A DNA stretch of 57,308 bases, the filler included, from Squatina squatina (Eukaryota): the NCBI GenBank assembly GCA_031763465.1. It is 4 parts of 4 records of this genome, joined end to end, with 100 filler letters (N's around TTAATTAATTAA, not from the genome) between each part and the next. Parts side by side here need not be neighbours in the genome. Positions count along the whole stretch, not along the records: positions 27,109 to 40,913 come from JARFOE010000004.1; positions 41,014 to 57,308 come from JARFOE010000192.1; 2 more parts are not named here. One strand, given 5' to 3'. The notes beneath the pieces are model-generated. The model was not told the origin of the DNA, ran no database searches, and saw nothing but the letters and a program-made list of their open reading frames with translations. The position numbers and the translations under genes are program-made. Position 1 is the first letter of the stretch. Each line of letters opens with the position of its first letter. This document shows positions 35,481 to 47,602 of the stretch, one piece after another.

Positions 35481-36799
35481 CTGTCCTTGCCAGCGTCTGC
35501 TCGTTAAAGAGTGAATCACCAGGTGAAAACCCAACTAACTCTCAAAATGGAACTATCAGGGCCTAAATGTTTAACCATTACTCCTGGCTTCTTTCTGTTA
35601 AGTTAGTCCACCGAGCGAACATTAATTAATTCCAGATTTGTGACCAGCAACATTTCAGTGAATATGTCAGCATTCAATCCCAAAATCTAAAGCAAATCAA
35701 CCAGTCCATTTTTTAAAGGATCAACCATTTGGAAATTTTATTAATGTGAGTGATTCTTACCGGTTGGGTAGTTAAACTCAAAGTCATTTTTCACAAGCAG
35801 AATATTTTAACCTTGTGTTCATTTTTATTAATATATTTTCATATACAGTATGCATTAAAACTCCATGTCAGTTTGGCTTCTGAGTGATTAAACCAATACC
35901 CACGGCATAGTAATTCACTCTGTTATACTGCACGCATTGTAATTGTACACTACTGTGAAATATCCACATAATGTGCAGGCTAGCTCCCATTATGGTGATN
36001 NNNNNNNNNGGTACTCTAACGGGCTGAAATTATGCTGTGCAGATGTTTTAGCATGTCCAAATGAAACTTCTTTCTTTGCTTGTTAACCCAGATGGGATCA
36101 TGATTTTGTTATTGATCTCACTTCACATGATTTCAGCTCGCAAGTCCTTTCTACTCAGTATTAAATGGCACTGGACTGGGCAGCATCACCTAACTGTTTT
36201 CCTCTCATTAAGGCTCTCAAGAATTCCATATTCTGAANNNNNNNNNNNNNNNNNNNNNNNNNNNNNNNNNNNNNNNNNNNNNNNNNNNNNNNNNNNNNNN
36301 NNNNNNNNNNNNNNNNNNNNNNNNNNNNNNNNNNNNNCTGAACAAGATATAAAGTAATTTGATCAGCCCAAGTCAAATCCAAACCTTCCCAGCTCAATTT
36401 TGGTTGTAACTCAATTGTAAAATCCCCAAATATCATAACTGTATATACATTGACATTTCTGAATAAGCAGTTACACTTAACAATGCTAGGGGGCAGAAAC
36501 CCTATTGCCACAGAGTAACTGCTTTGCATTTGCCTAATTTGTCGTCTACTTACTAGATATTATTTTCAAACTGTACATGCTCATATTTTGCCTTGAGGTG
36601 TACAATACCATTTCTGCCACTTATGTAAATTTTAGGACAATATTATCTTGCTTCAACTCTCAGAAGAGGTGCTTACAGAATACATGGATGAATACATTGA
36701 CCGACCTTTCGTTTGCTGTCTATCCCTGTGGATGCAATCAAAATAAGAGCTATTGCATAGTCTGTCAAATACAGTATTATAAAATACAGATCAACTTAC

Positions 36800-37075
36800 C
36801 TGTATTTCTGGAAGCCAGTCCACTCTGACTCGAATCTCCTGTCTCTCCCTGTGGTATGTATTTACAACCTCTGGATCTAACCAAGTGTTATGCAGCTGTA
36901 CGCCAACTTTCATTTCTGTGGTAAGGGTCTTCCCCCAATATAGTGCTTCCATGTAGTACTTCCTTCCTCCACTCAGTTGAACTTTCCCGGATTTCTGCTG
37001 CCACTCTTCGCCCCAGTTGCATTCCCACTTATCTGTCCACGTGGAGATAGCACTTTGGATGGAGGCAATCTTCAC
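36800..37075 (-). CDS. PKHD1: Fibrocystin exon (PA14-like region)
   Basis: VKIASIQSAISTWTDKWE..WQQKSGKVQLSGGRKYYMEA..MKVGVQLHNTWLDPEVVNTYHRERQEIRVRVDWLPEIQ matches remembered human PKHD1 ([64 protein letters not shown]). 276 nt, phase 0-0, canonical acceptor and gtaagt donor. Confidence 0.92.
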
Positions 37076-37234
37076 CTTCAAAGAGAAAGTATGAAGGTGC
37101 CACAACTTTCAGCTTATTAACCCAAAGAACCTTACTTTTTCAAAGCTGTAGGGATTCTTCTTCAAACCAAAAATAATGCCAGTTTTTGTTTTATTCTTAA
37201 TTGCTACTTATTTGATTTGTTTTGCTTTGTGACT

Positions 37235-37374
37235 TGTGTCAGCTGTGGTTCAGTGGGTAACACACTTGTGTTCTGAGTCATGAAGGTTGTGGGTTCAAGC
37301 CCCACTCCAAGGACTTGAGCCTATGAGGCTGACACTCCAGTGCAGTACTGAGGGAATGCTGCACTGTTGGAAGT
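37235..37374 (+). mobile_element. Deu-SINE 5' tRNA-derived head
   Basis: gtggttcagtgggtaa (A box) ... gggttcaagcccc (B box) ... ggctgacactccagtgcagtactgagggaatgctgcactg. Confidence 0.8.
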
Positions 37375-38701
37375 NNNNNNNNNNNNNNNNNNNNNNNNNN
37401 NNNNNNNNNNNNNNNNNNNNNNNNNNNNNNNNNNNNNNNNNNNNNNNNNNNNNNNNNNNNNNNNNNNNNNNNNNCGCCAGCACCATGTTTATCTCTTTAG
37501 CGTAACCTTCTTGAACCCAGGGAGAGAGGCAGGAGGCTTGAGCTTTTCATGCTGCTGCCCAAAATGAGGTGCAGTCACCGAGGGACAAGAAGCTCCCTCA
37601 CTGGGGTGTCCATGCGGCGTCAAGGTAACCCATTGGGCATGAATGACATTGGTGTGGTGACCCAAAAGAACCAGGTCAAGGAGACCTTATTTATATGTTG
37701 AGAGGGGTAGGTGTCAAATGCTTTAGGGGACCGTAAGCATCCATGAAGGAGAAGGCTGACAGTTCAAAATGGCCTCAACACCCATATTAGCCATATTCCC
37801 AATTCAATTGTTGCTTCAACATATTGAAGTCCCTATTCTGACTGTTATGAATGGATTTGAGACCCATAAGAACTTAAGGCTCAATCTTATGACCCATAGA
37901 GTTGAGCATTGAATGTCTGAAGTTGTCTAATGCTGGTGCATACCTGACTTTGATTATCTTGAGGTCCAGATTATGAACACCATGGTGAGGGGTGGGGAGG
38001 AATATTATTAAACCTTCCCTATCATTTGGAGAGTTTTTATTCAGATTAACACAATTCTCTGGTAGAGGATTAAAGGTTAAAGGGGCACTGTCTTTGTGGA
38101 AAAGTGTTCATCGGATCTTTTATTTTTGGGAGTTGGGGAGAAGAATACTATGGGTCATTTTTGTCACTGAGATATCAAATGCAAGTGATGTGCGCATCAC
38201 CATCATCAGGAAGAAAAACGAAAAAGCTTGTTTGGCCAAACCCTCCCCTTACCCAATGAAGATGGTGCCCCTTTAATTATGTTGGACTAGAAACAACTCA
38301 TTAAAAATAGCAGTTCTTGCCCATTTCACTCCTGCTGCTCAAGGAGAATTAAAGTGCCTCAAGGTGACTATTGCTGGAGACACAGAATTCCTGGGAGGAA
38401 CCAACCTCCACATGATATGGACCCATACCTCTCAGTCGCCACACATCTTGTGCAGCAGTCCACAGTTCTGGCACAAGTTTATTTCACTTTCTCCCCACGA
38501 TATACCAAATGTTCCGCATCATCTCCATTCGATGTTTTTGTGTGTCTTTTATCCCTGAGAAATAGTGGATTCAGATGCTGGTCTACGTTGTTTCTTTCAT
38601 TNNNNNNNNNNNNNNNNNNNNNNNNNNNNNNNNNNNNNNNNNNNNNNNNNNNNNNNNNNNNNNNNNNNNNNNNNNNNNNNNNNNNNNNNNNNNNNNNNNN
38701 N

Positions 38702-38880
38702 CCTGGTATATTTAAGGCTGAAATAGATAGATTTCTAATCAGTAAGGGAATTAGGGGTTATGGGGATGGGGCAGGAAAGTGGACTTGAGGAATGTCGGAT
38801 CAGCCATGATCCAATTGAATGGCAGAGCAGGCTTGAGGGGCCAAATGGCCTACTCCTGTTCCTACTTCTTATGGTCTTAC
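38702..38880 (+). mobile_element. CR1 LINE 3' end
   Basis: FKAEIDRFLISKGIRGYG plus the conserved 3' UTR. Confidence 0.85.
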
Positions 38881-39534
38881 GGTCATACACATATACCTCT
38901 AATGCAAACATAAATTTCCAGTTGCACATTTTCAATACTGCCTCATGCAACAATGATTTACCAAAAGAAAAGTGAATTTAAACAATTTTCCAATATAATT
39001 CATTTGTTTATCAATACTAAAGTAATGAGGGCAGATGTTAGGAAGCTGAGATTGTGGCTGGCACAGTGCACTGGAGTGCCAACATGGGTTTACAACCACG
39101 ATTTCCCATACGATGAATTCCCCATCTCTGCTGGGCTATATCCAAAAGGAAATAGACCTAAAACAATCTCACATACCTCCCAGTGGCCAATTAAAAAGCT
39201 AAACTTGTGGAAGGGTTGGAGCATGTCTCCAGTGTGTTTTCTCAGGCAAAGACTGGAGACTCCAAACTCGTAAATTTACCACCAACTCGCTCAACAGGTT
39301 TTATGGGGGTGGGGGAGGCACTGTCATTTGAGAGAGGATGTTGTGAGTATATTCAGCAGGCACAATCATGTCTTCAATTCAACAAACTGCTTAATCGTCT
39401 CATGGTCTTTCCACAGGAGCACAGAGAATGAACCAAACTACTTCTTTTATTATTATATGCCAGGAAAAACTTGAATACACCATAAGCACAGTTACTATTG
39501 TCCATAGCAATTCATCAGGCGGTTTCACAACATT

Positions 39535-39722
39535 CTAATACTCCACGTTCTTTACACGCAGCACTACTGGTACTGAGGTACAGGGGATCATTCCCAAGTC
39601 TGTGATTACCAAATCAACAAAGTCAGGCGGTGTGACATCATATACTAGGTTAAGAAGGTGCAGCTTGGAATTTGCGTGCCAGTTCTTCAGAGGAGTGCTT
39701 TCATTTCGAGTCACCAAAAGGT
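39535..39722 (-). CDS. EIF2B4: Translation initiation factor eIF2B delta subunit, last exon (start lies in a gap)
   Basis: [47 protein letters not shown] is the eIF2B-delta C-terminus. TAG at 39537-35 and AATAAA at 39451-46. Confidence 0.95.
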
Positions 39723-40067
39723 NNNNNNNNNNNNNNNNNNNNNNNNNNNNNNNNNNNNNNNNNNNNNNNNNNNNNNNNNNNNNNNNNNNNNNNNNNNNNN
39801 NNNNNNNNNNNNNNNNNNNNNNAGAGCGCTCAATAACTGCAATAAATAGAGAAATACCTGATGTCTGGTTTCAGTTTGTTGACCAAGTCCCTTGACAACT
39901 CTTCATTAGGTGGAGTTGAGTAATCATGGATGACCTGAAGCAGGGCAGGAAAAACCAGTTACAATTTTGTTTGACAAGAGTGAGACACAAATATGAGATT
40001 AGCCACTGTTGGCATCACACAGTGGTCACCATTTCAAGATCTGTAACAATCAAAAACTACCTTAAGG

Positions 40068-40182
40068 CAGAAGCAAAATACTGCGGATGCTGGAAATTTG
40101 AAATAAAAACAACAAAAGATGGAAATACTCAGCAGGCCAGGCTGACCTGCTGTGTATGTCCAGCATTTTCTGTTTTTCTTTC
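40068..40182. mobile_element. Penelope-like terminal relic in inverted arrangement
   Basis: aaaatactgcggatgctggaaat..ggaaatactcagcaggccagg followed by ctgacctgctgtgtatgtccagcattttctgttttt; the same start recurs at 40886-40913. Confidence 0.65.
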
Positions 40183-40704
40183 CTCAAGGCACTTTTATCA
40201 GAAATAATGTGGTGGTATAAATAAAAAATATACATAAAATCATTCAGGGCATTTTTCTGGGATTGATGCATTATTGTTCCTAGATATGCCCAGTGATACA
40301 GAATTATGTTATTCACTTTGTTTTTGCATTAGTCTGGACTCATGATTTGTGTCCTCACAGAACAGTTCTGCTAGCAGTTTGCCATCAATGAGAAGTGACA
40401 GGATATTTTTGTGCTTTTCTTTCTCAGCTCAGAAGAGCTGCATATTTCCCAAAGCTACATATTTGTTTATGTTCAGCTGTGGGTCTCATTTCAAGAGCCA
40501 GCACAGCTCCAGTATCAATATTAATCATATAAACTAATACAAATATTGTTTGGATGGGGCCTATGTTTTTATTAGTTGTACCCCAAATAAAGGTTAGTGT
40601 AATCCAGTAACATTTCATCTTAATGATTTTTATTTATGCTGTGTAAGTCCTTCAAACTTTGGTTCAAGTCCAAATCAGATAAGTGGGATGAAAGTCTCCT
40701 CAAA

Positions 40705-40885
40705 TGACCTAGTGGGTAAAGAGACTGTTGAGTGTCGCAATGAACAATATAAATAAGAAGATCTCAAGTTTAAATCTGGTCTGTGCTGAGTTAGCTAAAC
40801 CAGAGCAACAGTTGGGATGCTACTGCAGGGCTAAGCTAGGAAAGGGAAAAGTAAATCAATCAGCCAGGTTCGTGCTCTTGATTAC
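40705..40885 (+). mobile_element. 5' part of the old SINE-like family (see 13250)
   Basis: Decayed tRNA-like head, then ggtctgtgctgagttagct...ctaggaaagggaaaa..atcagccagg. Confidence 0.5.
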
Positions 40886-40957
40886 AAAAACAAAATACTG
40901 CGGATGCTGGAATNNNNNNNNNNNNNNNNNNNNNNNNNNNNNNNNNNNNNNNNNNNN

Positions 40958-40969
40958 TTAATTAATTAA
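40958..40969. other. Artificial scaffold linker TTAATTAATTAA
   Basis: 44N + 12-mer + 44N. Confidence 0.95.
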
Positions 40970-41013
40970 NNNNNNNNNNNNNNNNNNNNNNNNNNNNNNN
41001 NNNNNNNNNNNNN

Positions 41014-41478
41014 CAGGAGAATGCTGCAGACAAGTCCGAAAACTATGTCCCACTAATACCGAAGCTCTACTGAGAGCCCTGCCACTTATACTCCACAAGC
41101 ACAGCAGCAGCAGCAAGAATTGCCAAATAAAAATGGCTGGCAGACACGTCCCTTTAAAGACTGCCATCCTGGACAAGATGGTGGTGGTCTGCGCTCAAAA
41201 AAACGGGCATGAACAGCGCCCCCTTTCAACAATGCTGGCGCAATTGAATGCTGGAAGTTATGTTTAGAATCGGCAGCGGCAGGATGATGAGGTCATCGAC
41301 ACCTGCTGCCACCACAACCCCGCTACCAGCGCCCGGCCTCCACTGCCGCTTTGACGCTGGCATCAGCCCCTGCAGAAATCTCCTCTTTTTGCTGCAGATG
41401 CTATCAGTGGATGTTAGGGCTCTACTGCCCATTTGGCACCCAATTCATGCCAGTCTAGAACCTCCAATTAGGACCCCA
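41014..41478. mobile_element. Harbinger-type MITE, right part
   Basis: Ends ccaattaggacccca|taa, the same TIR type as 12400-13089. Confidence 0.65.
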
Positions 41479-42404
41479 TAATGTTTAAATGCTTGGAAGG
41501 CATATCCTTGCGTATGAACTATGATGCGTACAGGAGAATGCAAGATTTAATAGATAGAAGCTTCAAGGGAATGATCATTAAGAAAAGCTTTTTACAATGA
41601 CTATTCAAATGACTCAAACAATCCTTATTTTAAAAATCTTAGAAGATTGTCCAATCCAAAAACCTCTTTTGACTTTCCTGATCTCACTGTTACTTGTGTG
41701 CAGCAATTTTGGCTTAGTTTTAGGACTGACCATTCAAAATGATATATTATGCCTGTATAAAATTGATGCTTACAGCCATTAAAGACGCAAATCTGATTTG
41801 GGCTCTGGGATTAGTGCATGTGAAAGTGCTGTTAACCTGTGTGGTCTGAAGTCAGTAATCATCTTTGGCCATTACACATATGCATGGAAAAGCTTTGTTG
41901 CCAAGGGGATGTGGAACATGTGTAAGGCTACTGGTGCTGGAGCGTAATGGTTATGGTACTAGACGAGCACTCGAGGTTGAGAATTCAAATCCAACCATGG
42001 AAAGTGGGAAATCACATNNNNNNNNNNNNNNNNNNNNNNNNNNNNNNNNNNNNNNNNNNNNNNNNNNNNNNNNNNNNNNNNNNNNNNNNNNNNNNNNNNN
42101 NNNNNNNNNNNNNNNNNNNNNNNNNNNNNNNNNNNNNNNNNNNNNNNNNNNNNNNNNNNNNNNNNNNNNNNNNNNNNNNNNNNNNNNNNNNNNNNNNNNN
42201 NNNNNNNNNNNNNNNNNNNNNNNNNNNNNNNNNNNNNNNNNNNNNNNNNNNNNNNNNNNNNNNNNNNNNNNNNNNNNNNNNNNNNNNNNNNNNNNNNNNN
42301 NNNNNNNNNNNNNNNNNNNNNNNNNNNNNNNNNNNNNNNNNNNNNNNNNNNNNNNNNNNNNNNNNNNNNNNNNNNNNNNNNNNNNNNNNNNNNNNNNNNN
42401 NNNN

Positions 42405-42500
42405 CAGGCAACATCCTGGTAAATCTCCTCTGCACCCTCTCCAAAGCTTCCACGTCTTTCCTAAAATGAGGCGACCAGAACGTTGCAGAACACTGGCAGA
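42405..42500 (-). mobile_element. CR1 LINE fragment
   Basis: EALERVQRRFTRMLP. Confidence 0.8.
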
Positions 42501-45500
42501 ATAACTGTCAAGAGAAAGTTGGCCATGGTCCATCTAAGGAAACCAGCTGATGATGCATCATCAGACAATGTTATCAGACCGGCTTCCTGTTAATTATCCA
42601 GGAACCTCACAGCATGGGCTTAACAAGCTCCATCAATGGATAATTGTGTTGAAAGGGCGGGACAGAGCCAGGAGCACGTTCCCCACTCGCCACCAAAGCC
42701 GGCCGCACCAGTCTCGCCACTATTGGCGAAATCACAGCTAGTGTGTACAGTCAACACCTCTAGGCCCTCACACTTCTGCCAACAGAGATCAGATTTTAGA
42801 ATTATCAATGATCAGACCTACATAACATTTTCCTTCAATTGTCTAATCTAGTCGTTATGGCAAAAATATTACAATTTGCTTTTGCTAAAGGGCAGGTCAT
42901 TTAAAAAGAGCTAAAATATGCTCTATCTACACTGAAACAAAAATTTAACAAAAACATTTTTTTTAAAGTCTTACAATCGATCCATTTAGAAAAAATATAT
43001 AATGTATATCTTTATATATCTTATCAAAAATCTAACATTTGGATGTTTTTTGGATTTACACTTGGATGTCTTTATTGTCTACATACATTACTTCCTGTTG
43101 TCACATTTTTTGTCACACTTTTTGTCAACTTTTTCCTTTGTAAGTTCATTTGTTCACATTTCTTATTCAATTTCCCAATGTCATCTTTCACCATCACGGA
43201 TTGTTGATGAACCAGTCGAATCATTCAAGGTGCTTTTCTTTAAAGAAAATGGTTTGCCATTTTTTCCTCAGTAACTGAAATTTATAATGTCCAAAGTAAG
43301 ATTTTAAACAAGAATATACATATTTCACAATAACACAATTGCATTTACCCATTGAATTGTCTTTGGTCTCTTTTAATACCTTCATTAAAGCTTAAAGCTT
43401 CCAGCCTGTCTCAAAAGCTTGGATTTTGACTTGATATTTTTACCTCACAGCAGTTTTCAGTCCATTATCATGATATAATACTTTGTGACATTTGGTTAAG
43501 CCTAGAAATAATGTCTGTTTCTATTACTTTTAACAGCTAATACCATAACATCTGTTACTCCAGCGACCCACAGTCCCACTGCTAGAGGTACAGTGACTCA
43601 TTTCTGCATGTCATTGTGTTTGTGCTGTTTCACATGTCAAGTAAATTATACCTGTTAAATTTACGTTATTCTATATTTAATAACATTTCCTCCTTGCAAA
43701 TTTTTACCATTCTTGATTTCNNNNNNNNNNNNNNNNNNNNNNNNNNNNNNNNNNNNNNNNNNNNNNNNNNNNNNNNNNNNNNNNNNNNNNNNNNNNNNNN
43801 NNNNNNNNNNNNNNNNNNNNTTAGGCAATTTTTTTTTTCTCCCAGTTGGTTGGACCATTTTCTATCTAAAGACATGAGGGACAGTCTGTGCAGATGCCCT
43901 TGCTCCTGCTCTGCTGAGATGTGGTAGCTAACTCGTCAATGGTTGTTTATCTCCCTGCTGCTTGGACTCGTCGCTTCATTCAGAAGCCTCACGGAGACCA
44001 GCAACGTGCTGTGTGGAAAATTGAAAAGGGAGGATATACATCCTACTCCTGCGCTGTGCAGTGTATCGATAAATGAACACACTTAGCCACTAACTGTAGC
44101 ACATGTGTGACGGGCAAAATGATAAGTGTGTTCAGCAGTGAAGAGAATTCCCCCCACCCCGCCCACCCAGCCCCAATCTTTCCGATTATCCAGGACCTCC
44201 ACGTCCTGGGATTTCCAGGTTGCCCCGACACTATTGCGTTCCTCCGCAGCCTTCCCGTAAATATCAGAGCCATTGTTTCTTCATTGCTCTACTGAATATA
44301 TAAAAATACATGGTTCATACCAATACTTGAATGTGTTTGCATGCCTATACACCACAGCAACCCACATCTCTGTTCACTAAAGTGAGAAAATCTGCCCATT
44401 TGACATAATTCTCTCTCTCGACCACTCTCTGTCTCTCTCTAATTTGCCCCATCATCTCAGCAAGCCTCTAACCAGCTGAGCTAAGGTCAAACATAGGTTG
44501 GGCTGGTGAAAGGCAGTTGTCACTTCACCACCTGAGACACAAGGCAACCAGATTCCTGAGTGCTTTTATTTTATTTATATTAGTGAGTGTGAGTGTATAC
44601 AAATGACAGGAAGAAAACAGCTCTAAGTTCATGGCATTTTACAACGTTGCAAATGGCAGCATAGGATTTATTTCAAATACACAAGGCATTTTGTATTGAT
44701 TTTTTTACTATTTAGTAGAGTTTTATGCTATATTCACAGCAGGGCTAAACTGATAATGCTGTCAGGCTTGTTGGTATTATAGGATATTGGAAAAATGTGA
44801 CAAAAATCTTGAGATGCCACAAGCTTTGCATTTGGCTGTTGATGAGTTGATTGTAAACCAAATACTGACTTATCCTTTTCTTTAATTCTTCAGATTCTTT
44901 TCAGTGTCTCACTCTGGTACTGTGTCTGATTTGCTTTTAAAGGTAATGGCAAAAAGTACTGCCAGCCCAGCCACAACCAAAAGACTACAAATAGACTTGG
45001 CAAGATTGCTTGTATTTGCCACATTGTACTACTATCAGGTATTGTTCCATGGCTCCTTCAATCGTGTGTACATAACAAGTTAGGGAAACCTCAAGGGTGA
45101 AACTGGTCTTCAGCAGTAGTGAAAAGCAGGCAATAGGGAATTTACAGCCCAGTTTACAGCTCAGTTTGAAGTCAGTGGATAGAAAATCAGATGGGGACGG
45201 GTGTGAAGCAAACTTTGCTATCTCCTGCTTTGTGCTGCTGCCGAAGACCAATTTCACCCCCTTCATGTTTTAGGTGTACTGAAAGCACTTGTTCTAGACG
45301 GCTGAATATTTCTTAATCCTATGCATTTATCCTTCGAGATTATTTAGATTTCCCTCTGTTCGAGGTCATGTTCTCTGTGGTTAGAATTACTGTATTATGA
45401 GGAAATGAAAGATCCTCCACTGATTTGGCTTTGTTGTTCCACAAATACCTTTTAGAATGGTATGTCTTTCATTGTTTATGTAACAATATAGACCACACAG

Positions 45501-45711
45501 TAATCTTATTGTTTACACAACTGCTTAATGCTGGTTAAAAAGTCCCATTACATACACAGATCTAAAAGAACTGCAAACATTAGCTGATGGTTGCAAAAAT
45601 CTTACTGAGTTTATTCACTTTAAACCATTCATGCTACACATCACCAACTCCAGTTGTCGTGCATAGGTGGTAATTTCTTTCAGAACGTACAACAACTTGC
45701 AGTTATATACC

Positions 45712-45955
45712 GGGGCCCCAATTGGTCTGACCTCACACCCGGGTAGTGTCGAATAGAGGCGCAACCCAGGTATGAAATCAGCATTGAGACCAAAAATGTT
45801 TTAATGGTTTATTGGACCTGGCGCCTTGGTAGCATATGGGCCTCGCCGCTGGGGAAGCTGTTAGCGCCAGCAATGGACGCCAATGTCATACTGTTGCATG
45901 CCAACCCCTCAGCGCGCCCCTGCGACCCCCATGTGCGCTGCGGGGAAGCCGCGTC
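45712..45955. mobile_element. Harbinger-type MITE, left part
   Basis: Starts ggggccccaattggtctg, nearly identical to the end at 12400. Confidence 0.7.
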
Positions 45956-47404
45956 NNNNNNNNNNNNNNNNNNNNNNNNNNNNNNNNNNNNNNNNNNNNN
46001 NNNNNNNNNNNNNNNNNNNNNNNNNNNNNNNNNNNNNNNNNNNNNNNNNNNNNNNAATATACTGTACTTCAATGTCCATTATAACACCTGTCACTGGCAA
46101 AATAAATAAAGTGGCACGAAATTGCCCCAATAATTCCCTATGGGATATGTGATAGAGGAAAATGACTACATGACTTCAAGGCTAATCTCATCCTGGGGTC
46201 AGGCAACAGTTACCTTTGTAGTTTACGATGTTATGTAATCACATTTGGCTATCCATTATTCTCAATATAAACTAGTTTAAAAAAAAGGGGAAGTGAGACA
46301 GGAAATGCGCTGTACTTCAAATAAAACTTAATCTGATAATGTGCTTCAGTGGGAAATAATTTAATGCTGAAAACTTTTAATTTTTAAATTGCAACTGCTT
46401 TAGATTAGTCTCTGGAGAAACACAGATGACAAAGGCACTTCAACAACTGATTACATATGTTAAACCAGATGATGCAAGCTATGCCATGACACACACTGAC
46501 AGAGAAGTTGGCCTTTTGCTTTTTCCTGCTTCTTGTCTGCTGTCACAGAAGCCCAGCTGACCACTGCAAAGACAAATGATTTGATGAGGGAGTTTTGTCC
46601 TTTTGCTCTTTACATGGTGCAAGTGATGGAGAACATATGTGGTATAAAACAGTTCAGTCCACATTCTGTTTACAGGGACCTTTAGAAGTGTCAGCATCTC
46701 TCATCACATCCTATAAAGGCTGTTACAGTCTAAGAGTTCCATTGAGATACACAATCATTTCTTCACACCCACGTGTATGATATGCTCTACCGGACTGTGT
46801 GCTGACAGGAAGAGAGACAGGAATATCCAATCCCTTTTTCTCTATCCCCTCCCCCTCACAGACTGCTGGTAAATGTCATCTAGTCCTGTTAGATTGTTTG
46901 CTTAGTTTTGTAATAAATGTAAGAGTGTAGTTCAGGATAATTTGCAAGTGCTTTTCACATGTGCTTTCTTAGTGTAATCAGAAACATTGTCACGTGCAAA
47001 TGATGAGGTTAAATCATTGGAACAAAGGGCAATCGATTAATGAAGTCAACATCAGTCTACTTTTCCTGGTAACTATACAAACCCAAAACTAGGAAATGAG
47101 TCATAAGATTTCCTCAGCCTCCAACCCACCCACTCACACTGCAGCTTCCCTTATATTGAGATCAAAATAAGGAAAACTATTGCTTTTGTTCCTCAAAATA
47201 CAAATGAAGCTTAAGAGGATGAATCCTGATATAAAGCTTAAAGAAGGACCTGTATTATCAGATTCCACTCACAACAAAAGTTTTTTTCAATATTCGTTCA
47301 TGGGNNNNNNNNNNNNNNNNNNNNNNNNNNNNNNNNNNNNNNNNNNNNNNNNNNNNNNNNNNNNNNNNNNNNNNNNNNNNNNNNNNNNNNNNNNNNNNNN
47401 NNNN

Positions 47405-47602
47405 CCCACAGAGAGCACTGTGATAATGATGTTTTGTTTTTGTAATGTTGATTGAGGAATAAATATTGGCCAGGGCACAGGGAATAAATCCCCTGCACTG
47501 GAGTGCTGGCTGAGATTTTTGTGCTGCAGTCTCTGGAGCAGGACTGTGAACCCACAATATTCTGCCTCAGTGTCAAGATGCTACCAACTGAGCCACAGCT
47601 TA
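47405..47602 (-). mobile_element. Deu-domain SINE
   Basis: aatgttgattgaggaataaatattggccagg ... gctaccaactgagccacagct (reverse of the tRNA head). Confidence 0.75.

Noticed and set aside
37245-37310. tRNA gene
   Set aside because: The A and B boxes continue into a SINE body; no complete cloverleaf.
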